This document shows positions 34,368 through 47,779 of a stretch of 64,000 bases of DNA, in pieces. A program made the translations under genes and the position numbers. The notes below the pieces were generated by a model. The model ran no database searches, had not been told where the DNA came from, and saw only the letters and a program-made list of their open reading frames with translations. Position 1 is the stretch's first letter. The number at the start of each line of letters is the position of its first letter. The DNA comes from Macrostomum hystrix. Its lineage: Eukaryota > Animalia > Platyhelminthes. The stretch is from NCBI GenBank assembly GCA_950097015.1, contig CATNEN010000003.1:15996001-16060000 (forward strand). The letters run 5' to 3'.

Positions 34368-36890
34368 GCTGCAGGTCTCGGCAAGGGTGCCCTGGGCCTT
34401 CTGACGCAGGAATCCTTCCACACTGTCCCGTCAGCTACACGACCCATGGGTACACGTCCCGCGAGTGTTCAAGGCTGACCCTAGGGCAGCCGGACAAAAC
34501 GGGCAACAGCGCTGGACGACCCCATCCAGGGCCTCTGGCCGAAATGGGTACCTCATGATCTTGTCTGATCGGATAGGTGTCACCCTAGCTTTGACCTCAA
34601 CAGGGTATGCGGCCAGTCCGCAGCGTCGTAAACCTGTGAGTGATCGGGTACCGCTGGCTACGGCTGGAGAGAAAGGTGTCACCCTTCGACCTCAACAGGG
34701 TATGCGGCCAGACATTTGTCAGACCCCTGCTCTGTACGCTAGCGGCACCTCCGCTTAGCTTGAGAGCGCAGCTTTGCGGTCCCCCTTTAATTGCCTGTCT
34801 TCTTACAGGAAGTCCTGACTTTCTTTCTTTTGCAGCCAATCACGGCAAACAAATAAAGCGAAAACCAAAAAAACTGAACGGTGAATTCACAGCGCCTCCA
34901 GCCGTGGCTAGGGCGGTGGAGTCATCGATCATGCCAGCCGATACGACCGGGGACACTTAATTCGGCGAGACCCGTGGAGCAAAACGCAAGCAGCGCGGAC
35001 AACCCTGCGGAAATTGCCGCTGGAAAGCGGCTCAGTAGCACATCTAAAGCGGCTCGTCGGCGGATCGCTGAAAGCCAAGCGGGCACTGGAAGGAGCGCAC
35101 TAACCCGCACTGGTACAGCGGGCCCTCGGCCATCTGCAGCCACTGTTCTTAGGTCCGAGGCGGGCAAGGAGGGCCCCAAGCCCACCGACCAAACTGCCCA
35201 GGACCAGGGGGGTGTGGCAACCAGAGAGGAAAGCGGCCAACCCGACGACTCCACAAAAACTCGGGCCTCCTACGCTTCGGCGGTGAAGAGGCAACCGGCG
35301 GTTTTTATTCTGGGCAAAGATGCACGCCTAAACCATGATCAGTTAAAGCAGGTGAGCCGATCTGTCGATGGGCTACTGTGGAAGCTGACGCTGGGCAGCA
35401 CACCCCTGAGCATCCACTCGAGCGTCATCAGGGAGTCATGTTTTCTGCCCGGTGACGAGGACTCTGGCAAGCGACTACTACACTCACCAGGAAAGACGGC
35501 CCCGGCTTCACTGCCATACTTGGGATTTCCGAGGAGTGGATGCGCAAGTATCGCGACGGAAGCCTCATCAGTGTCGGCCTCTGGAAGATGCGTATCCGCT
35601 GCTACGAGGTCGACGAAAAGCGTCAGGGCTGCGCGTCGGGTGGGCAGGAGGCCACTGCGGTTGGGGCGAATCAATCTGCCCAGGCGGCGGGGGCAAACCG
35701 CTCATCACGTTTGTATGGCCGACGCGACAAGGCCGACCGCGCCGCGGAAGGCGAGCGACGTCCAGCGCGGTCCACTAAACGCAGAGGACTGTTGCGGCAT
35801 GCGGCTGAGGTCGTCCGAAATGCCAAGATCAGCCAACTGAGGAGGGGTGCCTCTGTCCAGCCAAGGCGGAACACATCTGCCAGGGAGGGGGTGAACGCCC
35901 AGGGAGCGACTGGCCCCGGAGCCAGACCTCCCAAGGGCGGAAACCGGCTCTGCTGAGACGGTGGGCCGGTGCTGAGACGGGGGCCAGGCTCCGACGAGTG
36001 ACCCCGCAGCTGGTATGCAAAGGGAGGCCAGTGCCGCGCCTATGGCTTACCCGACTGGTTAGGGGCAACTCGATGGATTGGAGCCCATGGAGACCGAGGA
36101 CCCAAATCCGAATCGGAATCCGATCAGCGCCGAGGAGTAGGAAGCACTCCTGGCCGATGGAATATCGGAGCAACTGCGCCCGAGCCTTAATTGTCCTGGT
36201 ACAAGAACCCTCATGGGAAACAAACGGTAAGCCAAACAGCGTCCCGTATGGTTATGAATGACTGTTTTTGCATACGGAGTAGGTTCAAGGTCAAATCGAA
36301 CCTCGCCTACAAGCAAGAGACAGACAGAGACTGTGTTGCACAGATGGCTCCCTGATGAACGGTAAATCTGGATTCGGGGCGTGCATCGTCGTCAATGGAG
36401 AAGTGGTGTGGAACTTTTCCCACCACACTGGAGGCGACTCCAGTGTTTTTCAGAGCGAAGTGCTCGCCATTAGCTCGTGTGCAGCAGAGCTGCGTTGCAG
36501 GCATCTCGGTGGCCGTAGTATATAACTCGGACAGCCAGTTGTAGGCCTTGCGAGCACTCTGCCGCAGCACCACCTGCTCTACTTCTGTTCTACGAGTAGA
36601 CTGCAACGCCCAGCTTAATGGACTTGCGCGGAGCAACACAGTGGAGCTCCACTGGATCCCTAGGCACGCCGGTTTCCCAGGAAATGAGCGGGTAGACCTG
36701 CTTGTCAGGGCGGGATCTGCTGGTTCCCCTGGTCGGAACAGGCCCAGGTGCTCCCATTCCCGTCTCGGTCATCAACTCGCGTATCAAGCGCTGGATGGAA
36801 TCCGAGCACCGTCGTAGGTGGACGAACACTCTGAACTGCCGCTGTCCCCTGCACAATTCTATGCAGCTGACACGAAAATTCTACACAAAC
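34368..36890 (+). mobile_element. Degenerate, internally deleted RNase H-bearing non-LTR retrotransposon (I group, LOA/R1-like)
   Basis: ORF1-like region (SYASAVKR); endonuclease start IVLVQEP at ~36190; RNase H motifs TDGS, SEVLAI, DSQ, LHWIPRHAGFPGNE at ~36335-36720; no RT seen. Confidence 0.75.
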
Positions 36891-37469
36891 TAAAGGCCCT
36901 AGAGACTTCAAGGCTATATGAATGAACTCGTATTTATGGAGATATGCGGATGGCTATGATGAGACACTGGAGAGATTAAATAAATCGGGAGCACGAGTCT
37001 TTCCCGCAGCGAGTTTTTTCACAGGAGTTATATTAGTTTCTTAAGTATCTTCTAATATTTCTACAGACAAAGAATGTTTTGTTAACTTAGCTCCTTTGTG
37101 CACCCACAAAGTCCACTAATAAACAAAAAAATGTGGACTTTAGTTTTTTTTTTAGTCAAAACCAAGTTTCTCAAAGGCGAATCAAAAAAGCAAATAGCAA
37201 AGCTCAGCAAAAAGCACAATAGTTCCATAAAAAATTTAGGTCAACAAATCCGTAGCAAACTTTAAATAGGAAAAGCGAAAATATTGGAAAACAAATCAAA
37301 GGCCACAAACACTGAATGCTCAGCAAAATGCATAAAGTTGCAAGAAGATGAACATGCTAAAACAAATGCTGCAAAAATCATTATCTTAAAAGTCCATTGA
37401 CAGTGAATAAAAATGTAATAATTACGAGCGTGTGCTGCTTTATAGGTTTCCCAACAGCTAGGCCCGAGA

Positions 37470-37660
37470 ACTCCAGCAGAAATTCGCTGATTCGTTGAGT
37501 ACCAGGCTGCGTACTGCTGCCACAGATTTTCGGTTTGGAGACGCCTGTATTTAGGGCTGTGCTGGCGCTGCACGCATTCCTGTAGAACAAGCGAAATGTG
37601 CACCGGCACCAGAAGGACCTCGTCGTTCAAGCGCTCCAGCAGACGCACGTTTCGCTACTA
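37470..37660 (-). pseudogene. Possible Mutator-like transposase C-terminal fragment
   Basis: LLERLNDEVLLVPVHISLV...RQHSPKYRRLQ..LWQQY resembles the C-terminus of invertebrate MULE transposases (recalled similarity only). Confidence 0.4.
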
Positions 37661-39019
37661 GCCGCAACCCACCAGCCGCATCACTTTTTATAATCACTTG
37701 TACCACTTGCAAAATCCGTCTTTTATAATAGATTTTGACTAGATATAAACGTACCACACGTTAAATTATCTTCATATTGCTAATCATGTCACTTTTGAAG
37801 CCTTCAAATTTCCGGACTTAAAAAAATCGGTGCGGCAGGCATTGGGCTGTGGTGTCTTGGTGTGTGGCGGTCTTCTAATAATTAATTGCTCCTACAACAA
37901 TAATTTTGACCATTTTTACGATTTTACTCTTCAGAATTAATTTAATTTTAATTTAAGTTTAATTTTTTCTCTAAGCAAATCCAACTAACTGATGTTCTTT
38001 GCTGTTTAAATTTATGTAATAAAAAAATAAGTGAAACCAGCAATTTTTTTTGCAAGCAGCCAAGATTTAGATAAATTAGAATGCAAAATATAATATAGTT
38101 AATTAAGTTAAACAAGCAAAGGAAGCTTAACTATTAGGGTATTTGTTTTAAACGTCCTTTTGGACGTTTAACAAAACTTCTTTTAAAGACGAGATGGCAG
38201 CAGACGAAAAGACCTGAAACTGCTAAAAGAAATGGACACTATATATATGGTTTTTAATAAACTCTGTCCTTGTTTTAGGCTTCATCACTTTTTTAAATAC
38301 CAGTGAAAGTATTGCAAGTGTTATTTAGTATTGGTTGACAATTTTATTAACTGACAAATATGCTCGAGCTTTTCACATTTTGCGTCACCAGACACGTCAC
38401 TAGACACCATTTTACGTTACTAGACACCAAACACTCATGGCGCAAAAAAAAAATGTTAAGTAAAAAGACCAACAAGAGGCCTACTCTATAAATTTGGATC
38501 GAAGCCCTCAATTGACAAAAATATTATTTCTCACATCTTTGAATCCTATTCGAATCTTATCATATGCGAATTTACGGTTTTTCGGCACGTGACGGTTTCT
38601 TGTAATGTTTGCATTTGAAAATAACACAGCAGATATTCTAGACGATTTATTTTATTTGCAGTTAATCAAATTATTAAGAAAGTAAAAAGGTTTTAAGCCC
38701 TCGCGTTTCTGTTATTTTGTTTCTTACATAGTTACTTCTGGTAACTATTCCAAAACGAAAATAATTTTATATAATGTAGTAAACTGTTTTTGATAAGTCA
38801 AGTTTCTATAAATAGCTCACTGCTGCTGCTGCAATGTTTGTACGTAGGGCGTTGAAAGAGACCTTAATATTTTTTGTTCACAATCTCCAAATCGACAAAC
38901 TTCTGGCGACCTGGCCTAACATTTTATAGCAGCATAAGCATAGTGGCATAGACGTTATAGGACCTATATTAGGCCTACCATTTATAAATGCTATTAGAGA
39001 GCTAGTAGATATTAAGATA

Positions 39020-39700
39020 GGAAGTGCTTATTCCCACGGTCCCGTGCCGATAATTTCAATTCTATCCACACGGATCCGTGCCGATAATTTTCTGCTTATC
39101 CACACGGCAGCTTGTATGAATAGGTCTACTTTCAAGTCCCTACCTATTCTTCTCTGAGCATAAGGCTTCTGATTCAGAGTATAGTGTATCGTGTACACTA
39201 TCAATCCATAGTGTAATATAATAACAATGATGTATAAATATGTGTGACGAGTTTGGTGCTGACTAGAATTCTGCTGGTTGACTCATGATTTTCTTTAATA
39301 GACTTTTTACTTTTTAAGTCAATACAATTCGAATGAAAACACGTAACGATGACAAAAGATTTAGTAAGTTGTAAAAATTAAAATAATAAAAAAGGATGTA
39401 ATTAATGTCTGTTAATGAATGTGTAGGTTGAAATATAGAACACTGTCGTAACACACTGGCAACTTTGTCAGTCTATTGGCTCGAGGGTTCAACAAAATGT
39501 TCAAACCTGAAAGGGCCTCATTTCAAAGAACAGAACCGTGTGGATAAAATTTAAATTAAAGGCAGGGCAAATACAAAGAGTTTTAGACATGCCGTGTGGA
39601 TCATACAAGCTGCCGTGTGGATAAGCAGAAAATGATTGGCACAGATCTGTGTGGATAAAATTGAAATTATTGGCACGGGACCATGGAAATAAGCTCTGCC
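39020..39700. mobile_element. Mutator-like MITE with ~100-bp TIRs
   Basis: TIRs 39020-39119 / 39601-39700 starting GG; 9-bp TSD ATTAAGATA at 39011-39019 and 39701-39709; repeated CCGTGTGGATA subterminal motifs. Confidence 0.9.
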
Positions 39701-40719
39701 ATTAAGATATTATGTTTTGCTAGGCATAAATCAATTAGACTAATTCTAGCTAGCTCCATAAATTTTTGTTTTTTTTTAAATTTCTCCTACAGACAGAGTT
39801 TTTATCACCAGTACGCCAATGCTTATGCCATTGCAAATTCAAAGTTCCAACAGTATAAGGCATAATCAAGATTAGGTAATTATGCCAGAACAAAAGGAAA
39901 TTTATCATTTTTTTTAATTCTGAAAAATTATTTTTTCAGAATTAAAAAATAATTAATTACACTACTTGTTACAATTACACTACAATTACCAATGATCTTA
40001 AGTGTACTAACAAGTAGGCCTATACAATTACAAACTTGGTATAGGTGACCACAAGTCAGTTATCATTTGCTAAACTTAGTTGTATTTATACTTATTTTGT
40101 AATAAAAATGGTAGACATAGTTAAACAAAGTCTTTATATGTTATAATAAGTATTCATTCATTTAAGTCGCAATTTATAACAAAATTTCAATGTTATAGTG
40201 CTTTCTAGTAAATCAAATTTAGAAATAATCTATTACAGATTTTTAACCTAATGTGCTTTCTAGTTTACCTAGTGCTTTAAAAATTGCATGTTAAGTAATA
40301 AGTGCAATTTTGTTACTTTTAGGTTGATAGGTAGGTTGGCTCAGGCAAATAGCTTGTTTTGCCAATATTATAGCTTTTGCAGCCTAGTTAATGCTGCAAG
40401 CATTTAATTTAATTATAAGTAGGTGTATCAATGCTGCAGCAGTTGCTCTGGCAGCCTGTCTATGGCTCGACTGTGGCAAACCTGCATTTAATATAATCCT
40501 GCAAGTGCGCATTTAATCATGTGGCAACTTTGCAGACAGGGCTATATCAAACTGCATAGCCCGGCATAAAACTGCATGAAATTCACAAAAATGTAACATA
40601 TCACAATGGAGCACAGTTAAAACAAATGAAAAAATTTCTAGAAACTTAAATGAAAATCTTGTCAAAAAGTGGGATGTAGAAAAAATTCAGTCTGCAAATT
40701 GACTTATCATTGCCGGGCT

Positions 40720-40990
40720 TAAGCAATTGCTTCTCCTGCCATGCACGCTGGCAGAAATTGCATCATCTGGTACCAGCCACTGCACTTGCCGACTGTCACC
40801 TTAGTAGTTGCAGCCTCAGCAATTCGGTGAAGCACAAGAACTCACCAGTCACGTAATGAGTAACCAACTGGCAGGCTGTTGAGTTCTTCTTAAACTTCCT
40901 GCAGTGCCAGCTGGCGCTGGATGGCAGCCTTTAAGCACGGATGCGCATTCTCAACTGGATTGAGGAATGGTGAGTATGGCAGAATGCCGA
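40720..40990 (-). pseudogene. IS630/Tc1-family DDE transposase C-terminal fragment
   Basis: ILPYSPFLNPVENA...KCSGWY...FLPACMA with in-frame stops. Confidence 0.75.
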
Positions 40991-40994
40991 TACC

Positions 40995-41685
40995 CATGCG
41001 TTCAGGTCTCCGAGGACAACCACTGTCTCGCTGCACTATCGTATCCACCTGCATGGAGAGTTGCTCGAAGAAATCTGAGCCTCATCGGGCCAAGTGTCAG
41101 GGGGCGCATAGCCACAGAAAAGGCAAGCATTCCAGCTGCAAAGCCAGACATCAACCCGAAGTAGCTGAGGGGACAGGGAGACGCAGCGACAGCTCTGCTG
41201 CAGCCTCGGTCCGATCAGCGCACTGACTCCTCCACGACCACGATGGTCCGCTGATAAGTAGTGGACAGTCCATCTGGCACCCAGGTCTTTGCAGTGGAGC
41301 CCTGGTTCCGCCCTGATGGACACCTCTTGCAACGCAATGACATTGTAGCTCAGGTCGTGCGCTAGCTTTGCCAGCAGTCCTCTCCACCAGGTGGCTTTGA
41401 GGGTGCGGCAGTTCAGCGTCCTGACCCTGAGCGTGCCCTGTGGTATGGCTGATTCTCGGTGTTGCTGAGTCAGTTGGTCCCCGGCGCCACCTGTAAGATC
41501 CATTGAACTGCAGAAAGTTGCGGCTCGGCGAGCAGTGCCACGCTGTTACACTCGCCACCGGGTGCTGCGCTGCCCCCGCTTGGTCCTGCTGCTGTTGGCT
41601 GCCGCAGCAGTTAAGCAGGGCTCGCCGACTTCACCACTGGGAGGTCGCAGCATATCCTTGCACAGGAGTGCAAAGATAAGAAGTC
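40995..41685 (-). mobile_element. 5' part of a second RTE element (APE endonuclease fragment plus 5' UTR)
   Basis: TLNCRTL, IALQEV, GRGGV, GYAP, VVLGDLNA motifs; ATG at 41503. Confidence 0.8.
41517..41685 (-). ncRNA. Candidate HDV-like ribozyme at the 5' end of the second RTE
   Basis: P1 GACTTC/GAAGTC followed by GG; J1/2 hairpin; P2 TGCTGCG; P3 ACC/GGT; canonical 7-nt L3 TCCCAGT; P4 CGAGC/GCTCG. Confidence 0.65.
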
Positions 41686-42001
41686 TGCAAATATAATAAG
41701 TCTTTAGAAAGTCTTTAGTCTTTAGAACATTGCACAACAGTTTTTAGAATAAAGGACAGTCCATACCAGAGTCCTAATGAGCCTACCAGAGTGTTGGGTG
41801 TCACAACCATGTAATGTATTTACCCCTCCTGAAATTTTGAAAGCATACAGATGGTATTTTAAAACAAATTTTGTTTAGAATACTGTTTTGGAGATCCGTT
41901 TTCATATGACAAAACTTAACCTGAACATTTCAGCTCAAAATTTTATAAAAATCTGGTATTTGAAGGTGCTTCTAAAATATATATTCAACCTTAAAGCAGC
42001 A

Positions 42002-43096
42002 ATGTCAATCGAGAGTAGAAAACGCAGACGCAGATTTCTTCTATCATTGGTATTTATACTAAGCCTAGCAGAGTTAGCTTTGCTAATCTCTGCCTATGCT
42101 ACACAGCACTGGGTAGATGCGACTCCTTGGCGAAAAGTGGATCGATCTACAACTGAAGTGGCTAAGAATCTAAGCTCTTCAAAACTCAGTGGGCAGGTGA
42201 GTGTCTAAATTACTTTCATTTTAAATGACAAATTAGAACTGGTACTTAACAGTCGGGCATGATTACCCCGTGACAGTAAGGGTGAATGATATTTTAACAA
42301 ATAAACCCTCCATTGTCCCCACCCCTCCTGTATTTATTATTATTTATTATTAGTTGCTAAACAGTCAGTAAACAACACGTCATCATCGAGCTAAAAAACT
42401 CAATGAATTATTTGTCAATACAATATTATCAGGTACAGCTTGGTCTGTTCGTCGGTGTTCAGACACTAGACAATGGCTTAGGTCCTCGAATTTTACAAAT
42501 CGATGTGCGCGCACAAGTATTGGCAAATCCGCCGTTGTTTAGCTATGGCCTCTGGGTGGCCATGCTAGTTTTTGGTGTGCTCATCGCGGCATGGGCCCTG
42601 GTAAGATTCGTTTTTATTGGAAACCCTCACACACAGGCTTGTGTCACAGGGCAAAATCGCTGATTTTAAATAACAAGAGCTACAGTATAATTTCGTTTTA
42701 ATATCAAATGAATTGATTTTGCAGGTGAGCGCAGGCTTTGCTCTATTAAATATTGGTAGAAAACCGGTGCGCACTTTGAGTGGACCAACCGGTCTCTATC
42801 TGTGGAATACCTGCGGCTTAGTGGCCTGCTTAGCAGCCATCGGCATCTATCTAGCCGCTTACATGAATAGCCTGCGTCACAATGTGCTTCGCCAGTCCGA
42901 CCTAACAGATTATGATTGGAGCAGCGAAGGCGCCGCCTGGTTGGGCATGTCATTCTACTTGTTAGTTGGCTGCGTGCCCTGCCTACTAGTGTCTTACCTA
43001 TTCACTTGGCTATCTGGCGCAGATCTGCCTTGTCGTAGACGCGACGCTCAAGAGAAAGCTAAATTAGAAGGCATGGACGCTGTTATTATGTATTAG
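42002..43096 (+). CDS. CLRN: Clarin-family tetraspan membrane protein, 3 exons (42002-42196, 42433-42600, 42725-43096), ~244 aa
   Basis: GT-AG phase-0 introns; 4 TM; ATQHWV, GLFVG, SGPTGLYLWN and C-terminal IMY motifs typical of clarins. Confidence 0.88.
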
Positions 43097-46000
43097 GCTG
43101 TAGGGATTTTAGATGCGCGAATGGCAGTAAACCTGACCCGACTCTGAATAGATCCCATTAATAAAGGCAGGTTTAATTTAATAGTACTGTTGTAATATGG
43201 CTAGCTGTCAAAATCAATATGCGAAATTGCGAAATGCAGTGTTAGCTTTCATCAGTTAGTCGATGCTCCCATTTTTGTATGTTTGAACTAGTATATTTGA
43301 CTAGCATTATGGCCTTATTCATATGTTAGTCTTAAAAATTGTGTTTCTCAGCAGTTTAAGTGTCCAGGATAGGATTTTAATGTGGAATGATTTTTAATCA
43401 CATTTTCAGGAGGTAGTATATAACTCGTATAATTTTTAAGGTGTCATGATTTTTCACAGCTAAAGGTACATTCTGTGCAGAAAGTTATACCTATAATAAT
43501 GATTTTTCGTACACATTATTAAAACTAGCGCCTCGACATATAGAAACTGTTGTCTGCTGCAACCGGACTGCTGATCAATTTTGATTACTAATATTACTAA
43601 TCTTTTATTACTTTCTAATCTAATCACAATGCCATAGCAAATGTTTATTATCTATTAGGACCTGTGTTTTTTTACCTGCCACATGTCTGTTGTAACGTTT
43701 GTGATAGTTTATGATTTTGAACTTGTAAAGTTTTGTCTGGCCAAACAAGCTGTCTCTGCATTCCCTTTGTTACCTTTTCCTCGTTGAATCTCACAAAACT
43801 TCAACATTATTAATTTTTTTTCATTTTTACGTCAGATAATTACTTCTGTTTGCGCTCACACATTCCAGCTTATTCTACGTTTTTACCTTTATCTAATCGC
43901 CTTTTTTGTCTACAAAAAAGTAATCGAACATTAAATTTCACAATTTGGGTCATTCTGAGTATAAAAACCAATGCAGCAAGAATGCTATGATTTCATTCGG
44001 TATTGAAAAGTATTGCATCAGTCGATTATTACGTAAAGTATAAAATATAAAAAAATGCTTACTTGGTAATGAATTTCATGTGTTATTAAAGGTAATGTTC
44101 AAAAAAATTAAATACAAAACTGTTTACTTTTTAAATCAATCAAATTACGACTAACTCGTTACTCAATTTATATATATAAGTCTCACTAGTAGATAATGTA
44201 AGTTCACGAGAGCGACACTGGCAGAGACTTTCGTCGACTTTCGCCGTTGTTTGGAGCGTGGCAGTCCTATCACCGTACGATCAGCACCTTTGGGTCGAAC
44301 ACGACGCTTCACAGTGGCTGCCAAACGTAAAGATCGAAAATCACTGCCACAGCTGCCGACGCCTGCTCCGCGATTGTCGGGTCCAAGCTGCCGCTCATCG
44401 GTCAGGGAGCTGTTGACTGCCGACGCCTGCTCACGTTGCACAGGTCGACCTGTAGAGTTACTCTTTTGCCTTCATCATGCAGTTGAACATGAAGCAGTCG
44501 TTTGTTGCAGCCTAGACAGGACATCTGATTAACTATGATTTAATCATTGTCTTCAGAGTTTCCGTTGGCGAGGCAGAACCTGATACACCTGAAAATTGCC
44601 AATACGTTTTTTCAAGGAGTGAATTTTGCAAGAAAAAGTGCATATAATTGGTCCAGTTTCAGCAAACCAGTAAATTTCTTTCATTTGCAAGTACAACAGT
44701 ACATGCAACAGAAAAAATTGCTGGGCGCTTGTGGAAGGTACACGGGTTATTTACTTACGAATTTTGCTATTTGATGTGGATTCTATATTGCTTCCATATG
44801 ACATGTAGCAATAGACATGCAGTCTTGTCTTGTCAGGCAAAAGCACATTATTTAATAAATATGCTCTGCATTTAGGCACAAAAAGAAATTTTGAAATAAA
44901 ACTAATTTTTCACAGGAGAACTACAAGAGCAGGATCTTATTACACTCAACAATTAATCTTACCTTAGTAAGAGTATGATTGTTCCAAATTACTTTTTAAA
45001 ACAGTCAACTAACGGTTGTGTTGGGGGGATCAGTGGCACCACGCGTACGGTCCCAAAGTTTGATTCCACGGCGAGGCCACATTATTTTGGGGCGCAGCCG
45101 CGGAGAGAAGGCTTAAGGGCTTGTCGTGAAATTTACGCCGTTAAGTGCCAACCTGCAAGGCACAGTGAAATGTACACTGACTGACGATGAGAAAGGCGTC
45201 ATATGCTCACACCTGTGTGAGCATATGCCTGTGTACAGTATATATCTGTGTGCGTGTGTGCTCAGGAGTCAGCGAAATGAGCAAAGTTGCCTCCTCGCTG
45301 GCTGCGGGTCTAGTGTCACTAAATGATGTGCCATTGCCCACAGCCCTCCTGCAATAAATAATATTATATTATCATAACTGTTGTCCACAAGTTGAGGCCG
45401 AAAGTCAAATCTGTATTTTGCAACCCATTCGGAAAAAAGACGTTAGCGACATTTTACCGCACTGTTTATAACATGTTAATTAAAGTGCGACCAGTGGCAA
45501 ATGGTTCAGAACAATCTGCAGCTTCAGCCACTACTTCTACTCTTAATAATCTTCAGAAACTCTTCAGCCACTTCTAACTTAATAATAAAATTATGTTGTA
45601 GACCTCTTTCGCTATACAATTACTTACTAATATTAATACTGCATAATATTCTCTTATTTAATTATCTCATAACTCCAGTCACTTGTCCGTGACTCAGTTA
45701 GGCATCATACACACACCCTTCTAGGTGGTCGAACAAACTATTCTTATAGTTTGGGTAGCGTGGCGTTCTACACCATAGATTCTGGCCTCTTGCCAGAGGC
45801 CATATACTTCAGATATGTCAGGCTCTCTGGCCAGTCCTCGGGCTTTCCCCGGATCGGTGTTAACAGCTTTCACTCACTTAGAAATAAGTAATTCTTTGGA
45901 AAATGCTCACGAAGAGACTTGAACTGTTTAAGCTTCCAATTTAATGTTTGGCCCAACGGTTAGCTTCCTATATAAAACCCCTCTTTATTTATACTAAAAT

Positions 46001-46699
46001 CCTATTGAATACTCCCAGTATATTTTAGAGGCGTAAACATTGCACACTCCCAGGCACGAAGGCAGACAGAGACAGCTGTTGCGACACAGCAGAGAGCGAA
46101 CGAGGGAAGGGCACCGTCTATGGCCCAAACCCAAGATGGCCCAAGGCCAAGCTGCAGAGCTCGTGGTAGCGGCGGCTGAGGTGCGAACCCGAGACCGTAG
46201 GCGAGCGATCTGCAAAGAAAGGAATTGGCGGGCGGCGGACGAAAGGGTGTGCTCATGAAGGTTGTCAGTTTCAATGTCCACTGTGCCGTAGAGCCAGAGC
46301 AGAAAATTTGCCAGCTCGCTGGTGTCATCTGCGCGACTGCCACTGTCCGCAAAGATCTGGAACGTCCCAGGCACGTGGAAGGCTTGGATAACGAAGAAAA
46401 ATTTTCACACCACGCAGCGAGAAGAGACAAGGCGGGCGTCGGCTGAAATACTACCCAGCTCAAGGCGGAGGGGTGGGTGTCTGGGGTGTGTGTTTACACC
46501 CAATCAGCGAGCGCCGATTAGACACTAAAACAAAGATTATGCATAGATATTTGTTGCATATAAAAGAAAATATAAAAATATTTCACGCGCTAGTCTGATT
46601 TGACCAATGAAGCCCTTTTAAAATTATAAATAACCTGCTTGATTAAACGTCTGAATTAAAAGACATTGAATTTTTGCCAGTTTAACAGTTCTTTTGTTC

Positions 46700-47676
46700 C
46701 AGCGGCAGGTCCAGGACGTCATCCCCAGCGTGCAACAGCGACGCCAGCAGCCGCGCAACCTGGCGTCCATCAGGGCCCGCGACAACGACGCCAAGCAGCG
46801 GATGGCCCGGTACGCCGACGACCGCCGAAGGGCCGCAAGCCACGACATTAGAGCCGGCGACTCGGTGCTACGCAGGCGGCGACCAGCGGCCAAGACAAAG
46901 ACACCCTTCGAGCCGGAGCCCTGGACCATCGACGAGGTAAAGGGCGACTCCCTGGTGCTGAGCAGAGGGCGCCAGACCTGCATGCGCCACATCACGGTTC
47001 TAAGGCACCTGCCCGCAATCGAGCAGCCACCGACGCCACCGCCACCAGCCGGGTCTACGCCACCAGTGGAGCCACCAGCGGCAGCGGCACCACCAGCGGC
47101 ACCAGAGGCGCCTACAGCGCTGCTACCGGCGCCACCCCAGGCGCAGCCACGGACGGCGGGAGGCCGTGCATCGCCGCCGAACGTCTCGAGGTGCCCCCTG
47201 CCGCGCGCGTGCAAAACCAGTCGACTGTGACTCTATTGCGAGTAAAACTGACCTGTGAAAGCACTCATCATCATGGTATTCAATATGCTGTCTCTTATCA
47301 CTACTTCCGCATCATCGTTCAATACTCGTCATTCATTTGCCATGTTAACAATCTATTACTCACTAATTTTAAATCCCTGTTGGGGGTGGGAGCGCCTGTT
47401 TTGCTTTATTCAGATTTCGTCTTTGTTGCCACCTTGCTCGTGTTAATCTCCCATTTTAATTTCATTTGGGGAAGGATGTAAGGCTTGCGTACTGTGTACT
47501 TCGCTCCCTTTGTGTCTGGCCACTCCAGCCAATCAGCGCCTTACACGTGCGCTCAGCTATCATCTCTCACCTGCCGTACCCCCACCCCAAATTATCGATA
47601 CATCAAATATATAGTGTCGCCCGCTGGGCAGCGCTCAGTTGTGCGTTACTTTCGACTACTAACTAAAGTCTCTACA
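46700..47676 (+). mobile_element. 3' fragment of a Gypsy LTR retrotransposon (post-integrase region, PPT, 3' LTR)
   Basis: KQRMARYADDRRRA...IRAGDSVL...PFEPEPWTI; purine tract GGGGAAGGA 47468-47476 followed by TGTA...TACA LTR 47477-47676. Confidence 0.75.
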
Positions 47677-47779
47677 GAGCTCTTTTGGCATGGACACTGC
47701 TTTACACTTTGACAATCTTTTTTCTATGTTTCATTCGAGTTATTATATTGTTTCTTCTGCCTTTGTTAAGCCTTAGCCA

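Noticed and set aside
45015-45380. Possible solo LTR
   Set aside because: No clear TG...CA termini or TSD
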